A DNA stretch of 64,000 nt from a virus. Its lineage: Duplodnaviria > Caudoviricetes. The DNA lies in IMG/VR virus record IMGVR_UViG_3300028048_003124; one strand, given 5' to 3'. Below are positions 58,372-64,000 of this stretch, in pieces. The position numbers and the translations under genes are program-made. Position 1 is the stretch's first letter, and every line of letters begins with the position of its first letter. The notes under the pieces were generated by a model, which was not told the DNA's origin, made no database searches, and saw nothing but the letters and a program-made list of their open reading frames with translations.

Positions 58372-60087
58372 ATGGAAAACAATTTTGACTTTGATTCCCT
58401 AATGCAAGATACTATAACAAATAGTAATAAGGGCGGAAAAGGTGGAAAAAAGAAAGTAAAGGAAAAACAAAACACTAATAAAAAGAAAGTAAAGGCAAAA
58501 CAAGATACTAATAAGAAGCCAATAAAGGCTAGTAAGGTAGTATTGTGTGTTGTTGTAGGTTTGATAGTGTCTGGAATGTTCTTTTTGCTTATCGGTGGTC
58601 TATACACGAGGTATGTCAGATTTCCTAAAGAAAAGGAAGTTGATAAAGAAACAACGGGTATGTATGCTCTTGAGAACTTTGAAGCTCAGGTACATGAGTT
58701 AGATTTGCCTGAGAATTATTATTTATTTAAGGAGACTGTTTACGCTAATTCCTCAGAAGAGAAGTTGGCGTTTATAAATTCTGTGGTTGCTACGGTACAC
58801 TATGAGCCAGACGTGGTTAATGCTGAAAACGTGTATGGTAATGATTTAGTTGACAAAGAATCAATGGGTATTGTAACGAGGGATTCTTATGTCACAGAGG
58901 GTGAAGAGGTAACATTACATTATATAGATTATAGTAAAATAGATTTTAATAAGGATAAGATACTATCTTTGATAAGTGAGTACGGTCTAGAGAAAGACGA
59001 TGTAAATTATTCTAATTCTGCAGTATTGTTGTTTTGTAAGTACATATCTAACGAGGGCGAGAGTCTACCAAAAACATCTCAGAAACGTGCACCGTACATT
59101 ATTAAAGATGGCGGTAGGTATGTAGTTCAGGAGGACGAAGATGTTTTCCTAGATAAGCTATTATTCTCCAGTGATGAGTTTAGAGATTGCGAGATGCGCT
59201 TTACCGAGGCATTGGGAGAGGCAGTATTGAGTGGTGAAGCGAAAGAAACAGAGACTGTACAGCCTACTGAGCCCGCAAAAGATAATAAAGAGAAAGCTAC
59301 AGAGCCAGATAAAAAGACTATATTCTCACCATCAGAAGAATGGGTAAAATGGAATGAGCTACCGAAAGCTGATAAAGAGAAGGAGCCAGAGCCTTTAAAG
59401 TACGGAAAGATGACTATGTCAATTAGTTGGTGTGGTGCATATTTCTTAGAAAATGAATACTATACAACTGATGACAATGGTAACAAAATACGAAAGAAGT
59501 TATCACCTCAGCTTGGCAATGGTACTTTAGAGAGCCCAGCAAGTATAGGAACCCCAGTAATTACTTCTGTATTGTCTACAGATAAGGATGGTAACCTAAT
59601 AGAGGATCCGATAAGGGTAGAGTTGGTAGATTTTGGTGTAAGTGAAGATGCAATTACATGGTTTCAGAGTAAAGATATACAAAACAGAGGCTATATTTTA
59701 GATTCTGAAGTGCAGTATGCGTATTATATTTTCAAGGTAACTAATCTATCAGATAAGACGCTAACAGTTAAAGATAACTCATCTTTATGCGATAAAAATA
59801 TTAACCTATCTACTAGAACTGGTACTATATTCGGTATAACTGAGAGTTTGACGTTAAAACCTGATGAGTCTGGTTATATAGAGTCGTGGGGTAGGTCAAC
59901 GGAGTTAAACAGAAAATATGTCATTTGGGGTAAGGATTTCGAAAGAAGAAAAGACCCCGTATGGTTTAGGGTACTTGCAGGGGATTTGGAAGATACTTCA
60001 GAGGATAAAGGCGTGTACTTGATTGAGCGTATAAAAAAGAGTCAAGATAAGGAAGAAGTATCTTCTAATAGTGAATCTGCTAATTAG
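58372..60087 (+). CDS. membrane-anchored hypothetical protein
   Basis: Lys-rich N-terminus, single TM, large exterior domain. Confidence 0.75.
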   Translation: MENNFDFDSLMQDTITNSNKGGKGGKKKVKEKQNTNKKKVKAKQDTNKKPIKASKVVLCVVVGLIVSGMFFLLIGGLYTRYVRFPKEKEVDKETTGMYALENFEAQVHELDLPENYYLFKETVYANSSEEKLAFINSVVATVHYEPDVVNAENVYGNDLVDKESMGIVTRDSYVTEGEEVTLHYIDYSKIDFNKDKILSLISEYGLEKDDVNYSNSAVLLFCKYISNEGESLPKTSQKRAPYIIKDGGRYVVQEDEDVFLDKLLFSSDEFRDCEMRFTEALGEAVLSGEAKETETVQPTEPAKDNKEKATEPDKKTIFSPSEEWVKWNELPKADKEKEPEPLKYGKMTMSISWCGAYFLENEYYTTDDNGNKIRKKLSPQLGNGTLESPASIGTPVITSVLSTDKDGNLIEDPIRVELVDFGVSEDAITWFQSKDIQNRGYILDSEVQYAYYIFKVTNLSDKTLTVKDNSSLCDKNINLSTRTGTIFGITESLTLKPDESGYIESWGRSTELNRKYVIWGKDFERRKDPVWFRVLAGDLEDTSEDKGVYLIERIKKSQDKEEVSSNSESAN

Positions 60088-60136
60088 CGTAGATGCGATG
60101 GTTGTAGAGAACTAATAACGGAATAAAAGAAGGGTA

Positions 60137-60165
60137 TTGACATAATATCTTTTTTGTGTTATAAT
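60137..60165 (+). promoter_or_regulatory. consensus sigma-A promoter
   Basis: TTGACA-17-TATAAT with TG extension. Confidence 0.85.
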
Positions 60166-60286
60166 ACCAGAGTAAGCTGAAGATTGTTTATTTGCTTATA
60201 TTTTTCTATTAGTTCTCCTAATGAAGACTCGCATCATGTTAAATGGTGCGAGTTTTCATTTAATATATTTTGTTGGAGGAGTTAAA

Positions 60287-62527
60287 ATGAGCGAAAATTG
60301 GTTTTCAAAACCTATGAAAGATGAGGTTCCCTTTTCTGATATAGAAAAAAAGTTTGAGAATGGTGAGTTTCATAGTTGGAATTTCGAGCCGTTAGATTTC
60401 CAAGAAAATGGATATGAAGATGTAATATCTAAGATAAAAGAGTATGCAGCTCCTAAGTATCTTGAGTTGCAAGATTTGAGAGATTCTGCAAAAAAAGTTG
60501 GGGATGATGCTAAGGCTGAAGAGTACCAGAAAAAGATGGATAGGATGGTCGATGAAGTCTTAGCAATTTACAGAGAGAAAGATATCTTCCCTATTCAGTA
60601 TTTTTCCGAGTTCGGCATCATTGATGAAATTGAGCGTTGCATTGCATACAAGGCTTTTTGGAATGGAAACGTGGTAAGCTGTGGAGCAGGTATTGGTACA
60701 ACTCTTTGTAATTATCTTTTTCCAAATCTATTTGATACACCCAGCCAGCATGATTTAGATAAAACAAATGCCAGATCCTTGTACGAGAAGTTCCATAATG
60801 ATGAGTATCTGAAAAGAGCTATCAAGTTTTGTTTCTCTTATAAGAATGGGTGTCCTGTTCCAACAAGTGTAATGGGCGGTTTACGGTTAGTGGGTAGTGC
60901 ACCGACTAACTTCCGTCCAATGAATGCTAAGGCTGTATATGAGCGGTTTTGTCCTGAAAATGGTACAATATATGATTTCTGCTGTGTTGATGATGAGACT
61001 GAATACTTTAACGGCAAGAAATGGGTAAGAATGTCAGATTATAATGAAGGTGATAAGGTACTGCAGTATAATGAAGATGGGTCTGCAAACTTGGTATCGC
61101 CAGTCGAGTATATTCATTATAAGAGCGACGATGTGTTTTATGAGTATATAGGTAAAACATTTAATACCTGCTTAACTGGCAATCATGATGTTGTATATAG
61201 AAAAAGAATAAACGATACTTCAGAGTTATCTGAATCTTGCTATAAGATTAAGCAATCTGAAATCGTTAATAAGGATTTTACTGGTAGGATTCCTTTAGTA
61301 TGTAGTATAGATGGCAGTATCACGGTAGAAGAAAACTTATTGCGCTTGGCAGTTGCTGTTCAAGCAGATGGAACAATAGATGATTTCAACACAGGAAGAG
61401 TAAGGGTATTGTTTACAAAACAAAGAAAGATTAAGAGGTATAAAGATCTGTTAGATGCTTGTAGGATACCGTATAGAGTATCGGAAGCTACAGGTAAGTA
61501 TACTGGTGGTGAGTATATATACTTTAATAGTAAGGATATTATATCGATTTTTAAAACAAAGGAGAAAACATTCCCAGAAGATTGGTACAATCTTTCATTA
61601 GAAAGTAAGCTTATTTTCTTAGACGAGGTTGTGCATTGGGATGGTCATGAGGATCATGATGTACAGACAAATAAGGGTGTAAAAAAAGATGTATACTCTT
61701 ATTGTACGACAAATAAAGAAAATGCAGAGCTAGTGTATTATCTGTCAAATACATCTGGTGGTTGTGGCGCATCTATGCGTATTGATGCAAGAGATGGCTA
61801 TAAGGTATGCTATTATATTAACTTTAGAACAAAAAGTGGGTATGGTGCGTACAGGGGTCATGTTAATAAGTATAATATAATAAGAAAAAGAGATAAGTAT
61901 TGTTTTGTAGTACCGAGTCATATGTTGGTATTAAGAAGAAGAAACCAGATGTTTATAACAGGCAATTGTGGCTTTGGAGGGCGCTTACTTGGTGCTTTAA
62001 GTAGCAGCAAGAATTTCAGATATGTTGGAACAGACCCTAATACTGAAACTATGTACAACTTACATAGGCTAGCTGATTACATAGAGCAGGTTACTGGTCG
62101 TGAGGACAGCTATGAGCTTCACTGTTGTGGTAGCGAAGTGTTTAGGGGACCTGCCAACAGTGTAGATTTTGCATTCAGTTCTCCGCCTTACTTTGACCTT
62201 GAGGTATATAGTGATGAGCCGACACAGTGCTATAATAAGTTTCCAAAATTAGAGGATTGGCTAGAAGGCTATGTAAGAGAGACAATAAAGAATATCGTCT
62301 ATATGTTAAAGCCAGGTGCAGTATATGCCGTAAATATTGCCGATTTTACATCTGGAGGCAGCACAGTAGCTTATGTAGATGAGTGGATTCGTATCTCTGG
62401 TGAAGAAGGAGCGCCTTTGTTTGATACTGTATATCTTGGAGTAACAGCTAGGGCAGGTAGTAAAGAGCAGGCAGCTGGAGAGTTGAAGAAAGAAAATATT
62501 CTAATATTTAAAAAGGGAATAAATTGA
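60287..62527 (+). CDS. amino-type (m6A/m4C) DNA methyltransferase containing an intein
   Basis: Motif I IYDFC|CGFGGRLLG split by the intein; motif IV FSSPPY; GGAGG RBS before ATG 60287. Confidence 0.88.
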   Translation: MSENWFSKPMKDEVPFSDIEKKFENGEFHSWNFEPLDFQENGYEDVISKIKEYAAPKYLELQDLRDSAKKVGDDAKAEEYQKKMDRMVDEVLAIYREKDIFPIQYFSEFGIIDEIERCIAYKAFWNGNVVSCGAGIGTTLCNYLFPNLFDTPSQHDLDKTNARSLYEKFHNDEYLKRAIKFCFSYKNGCPVPTSVMGGLRLVGSAPTNFRPMNAKAVYERFCPENGTIYDFCCVDDETEYFNGKKWVRMSDYNEGDKVLQYNEDGSANLVSPVEYIHYKSDDVFYEYIGKTFNTCLTGNHDVVYRKRINDTSELSESCYKIKQSEIVNKDFTGRIPLVCSIDGSITVEENLLRLAVAVQADGTIDDFNTGRVRVLFTKQRKIKRYKDLLDACRIPYRVSEATGKYTGGEYIYFNSKDIISIFKTKEKTFPEDWYNLSLESKLIFLDEVVHWDGHEDHDVQTNKGVKKDVYSYCTTNKENAELVYYLSNTSGGCGASMRIDARDGYKVCYYINFRTKSGYGAYRGHVNKYNIIRKRDKYCFVVPSHMLVLRRRNQMFITGNCGFGGRLLGALSSSKNFRYVGTDPNTETMYNLHRLADYIEQVTGREDSYELHCCGSEVFRGPANSVDFAFSSPPYFDLEVYSDEPTQCYNKFPKLEDWLEGYVRETIKNIVYMLKPGAVYAVNIADFTSGGSTVAYVDEWIRISGEEGAPLFDTVYLGVTARAGSKEQAAGELKKENILIFKKGIN
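60983..61966 (+). mobile_element. intein with LAGLIDADG-type homing endonuclease (328 aa)
   Basis: Starts CVDDETE, block B TGNHDV, AVQADG and VVHWDG endonuclease motifs, ends ITGN followed by Cys+1. Confidence 0.92.
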
Positions 62528-62886
62528 TGGATATAACTAAAAAGAGGGTATATTTGGTTATATGTATAACTAGTTTACTTGCGGTATTTATTGTAAGTCT
62601 GTACCAGAGTCAAGGTTATATATCTACTTATTCATATTTGTTTACTTTAACAAGCAATGTACTTTTATTCATTTTTGGTAATAAAGGGTTAAAAGAGGTT
62701 GTCGCAGATTCTACATCAAGGTCGTTTTTTAAGGTATGTAGGTTCTTTGGTCTCATATCAGTAGTAACATGGGTAATATTACTCGTGATATTAGTGATAT
62801 TTGGTTTGAAGGATAATAATGTTTTTGAGGATTTGTACTCGTCATTTGTAGACGGTTTGAAATTGAAGGGGTGGGGCAATGGCTAA
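62524..62886 (+). CDS. membrane protein (3 TM)
   Basis: Hydrophobic segments; coupled to the MTase stop codon. Confidence 0.65.
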   Translation: MMDITKKRVYLVICITSLLAVFIVSLYQSQGYISTYSYLFTLTSNVLLFIFGNKGLKEVVADSTSRSFFKVCRFFGLISVVTWVILLVILVIFGLKDNNVFEDLYSSFVDGLKLKGWGNG

Positions 62887-63064
62887 AGATAGAGTGATAC
62901 CTTGTATATATTATGTATGTAAAGGGGTATGTAAGAAGAGAAGAAGAGATGCCGAAATTAAAGGCATTTGTAAAACTTGTGAAAAATACAAACCTAGAGT
63001 AAGGGTGCGTATTTTAAATAAGAAGAAGACTGAATTAAGAAAATTAAAAGCCAGAGAATTCTAA
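62879..63064 (+). CDS. small Cys-rich basic protein
   Basis: C...C...C...C..C pattern; overlaps the previous stop codon. Confidence 0.65.
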   Translation: MAKDRVIPCIYYVCKGVCKKRRRDAEIKGICKTCEKYKPRVRVRILNKKKTELRKLKAREF

Positions 63065-63076
63065 GGAGGACATTTA

Positions 63077-64000
63077 ATGAAAAGGATCGTATGTTTATTA
63101 TTGGTGTTGATGCTTATTGCATCTCTCGCAGCTTGTGGTAAGAAGGCTGTAACATCTGGTAGCAGTGATCAGACTTCTAGTTCTGTTAGCAATGATGTTG
63201 CAGCAAATGAGGTTAATAATACCCCAAAAAGCAATTCTAAATTGGCTTCATTTACAGTAGAACCTCAGAAGATTTACGATACAGATATTGCGACTATCAC
63301 TGTAACTGGTGTAAATGTTACTAATAGTGATGATTTGGTATTTAATGTTGATATTAAAAACAACAGTAGCCGAGTTCTTTCCGTAAGCAGTTTATATATT
63401 ATTGTAAACGGCTTGACATTACCTGCATCGCTATATGAGACGCTTGAGTCTGGAAAGCAGTCTAGCGTAGATTTAACAATTTATGATAGAGACCTTAGCA
63501 TATCGGGTATTAAAGAGTTTGCCGATGTTACAGTGTATTTAGAGCTTAAGGATCAAAATAGTTTGGAAGACTTAGATAAGTGTTCAGCTCACATAAAGAC
63601 TTCAACAGAAAAAGAAGGGTATCGTGAGGAGTTCAATATTACAAAGCCTATTTATACTAAGGATGGCTTACAGATTGAGTATAAAGAGAAGGTAAACCTA
63701 TCGGAGTATGGTGATGCTTGTGATTATCTTATCTTTAAGGTAAAGAATGATAATAAGTTTACTTTAGGGGCTAATGTCTCAGAAGCCTATTTAAATGATA
63801 CAAAAGTAAATGCTCATGCTGAGAATATTAATGTTGCGCCTAATTCTTGTTCATACATGATTGTTCATTTATCCGATAAGTCTTATTCAAATATTAAGAC
63901 TCTCAGTGGTAAGGTTGATTTGAAGTTCTGGTGTTGCAGTTTTGATGGAGAAGAAAACTATGATAGTGGCTATTCCGATTTGGTCACTATTGAGGTGTAA
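63077..64000 (+). CDS. lipoprotein with two Ig-like domains
   Basis: Lipobox LAAC; AAGGAGG RBS; stop at window end. Confidence 0.8.
   Translation: MKRIVCLLLVLMLIASLAACGKKAVTSGSSDQTSSSVSNDVAANEVNNTPKSNSKLASFTVEPQKIYDTDIATITVTGVNVTNSDDLVFNVDIKNNSSRVLSVSSLYIIVNGLTLPASLYETLESGKQSSVDLTIYDRDLSISGIKEFADVTVYLELKDQNSLEDLDKCSAHIKTSTEKEGYREEFNITKPIYTKDGLQIEYKEKVNLSEYGDACDYLIFKVKNDNKFTLGANVSEAYLNDTKVNAHAENINVAPNSCSYMIVHLSDKSYSNIKTLSGKVDLKFWCCSFDGEENYDSGYSDLVTIEV

Noticed and set aside
513-62879. All minus-strand ORFs and short alternate-frame ORFs in the track
   Set aside because: They are shadows of longer + strand genes or lie over RNA genes, with no RBS or recognisable motifs.

Overview
A 64-kb, AT-rich window in which essentially every credible gene is on the + strand. 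No ribosomal or core metabolic genes and no recognisable virion genes are present. It most plausibly comes from a very large extrachromosomal element (megaplasmid or jumbo-phage-like replicon) of a Ruminococcus-like gut/rumen Bacillota host, inferred from a Ruminococcus-type dockerin, sigma-A promoters and sortases. It has four blocks. (i) 0-19 kb: element housekeeping genes (RNase H, a large P-loop ATPase, DnaJ, an HTH protein, UvrD), plus a ~0.9-kb structured non-coding region ahead of tRNA-Leu. (ii) 19-46 kb: a surface-protein island (dockerin-FN3 protein, BspA LRR proteins, a sortase-C pilus, a VanX-like peptidase broken by one TAG, and four proteins sharing a C-terminal ...FTxAW domain). 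(iii) 46.5-51.2 kb: an RNA island with six canonical tRNAs, a ~585-nt ROOL-like RNA closed by a 32-bp helix, three tRNA-shaped RNAs with greatly expanded anticodon arms, and several other structured RNAs. (iv) 51.5-64 kb: a RecJ-like DHH nuclease, a ParM-like actin, a coiled-coil protein, a ParR-like RHH protein and an intein-containing DNA methyltransferase. Intergenic arrays of a TTAGA-N3-TAGAAG motif phased at 21 bp recur at several loci and may be centromere or operator sites. All family assignments come from motif recognition by eye; no searches were run.
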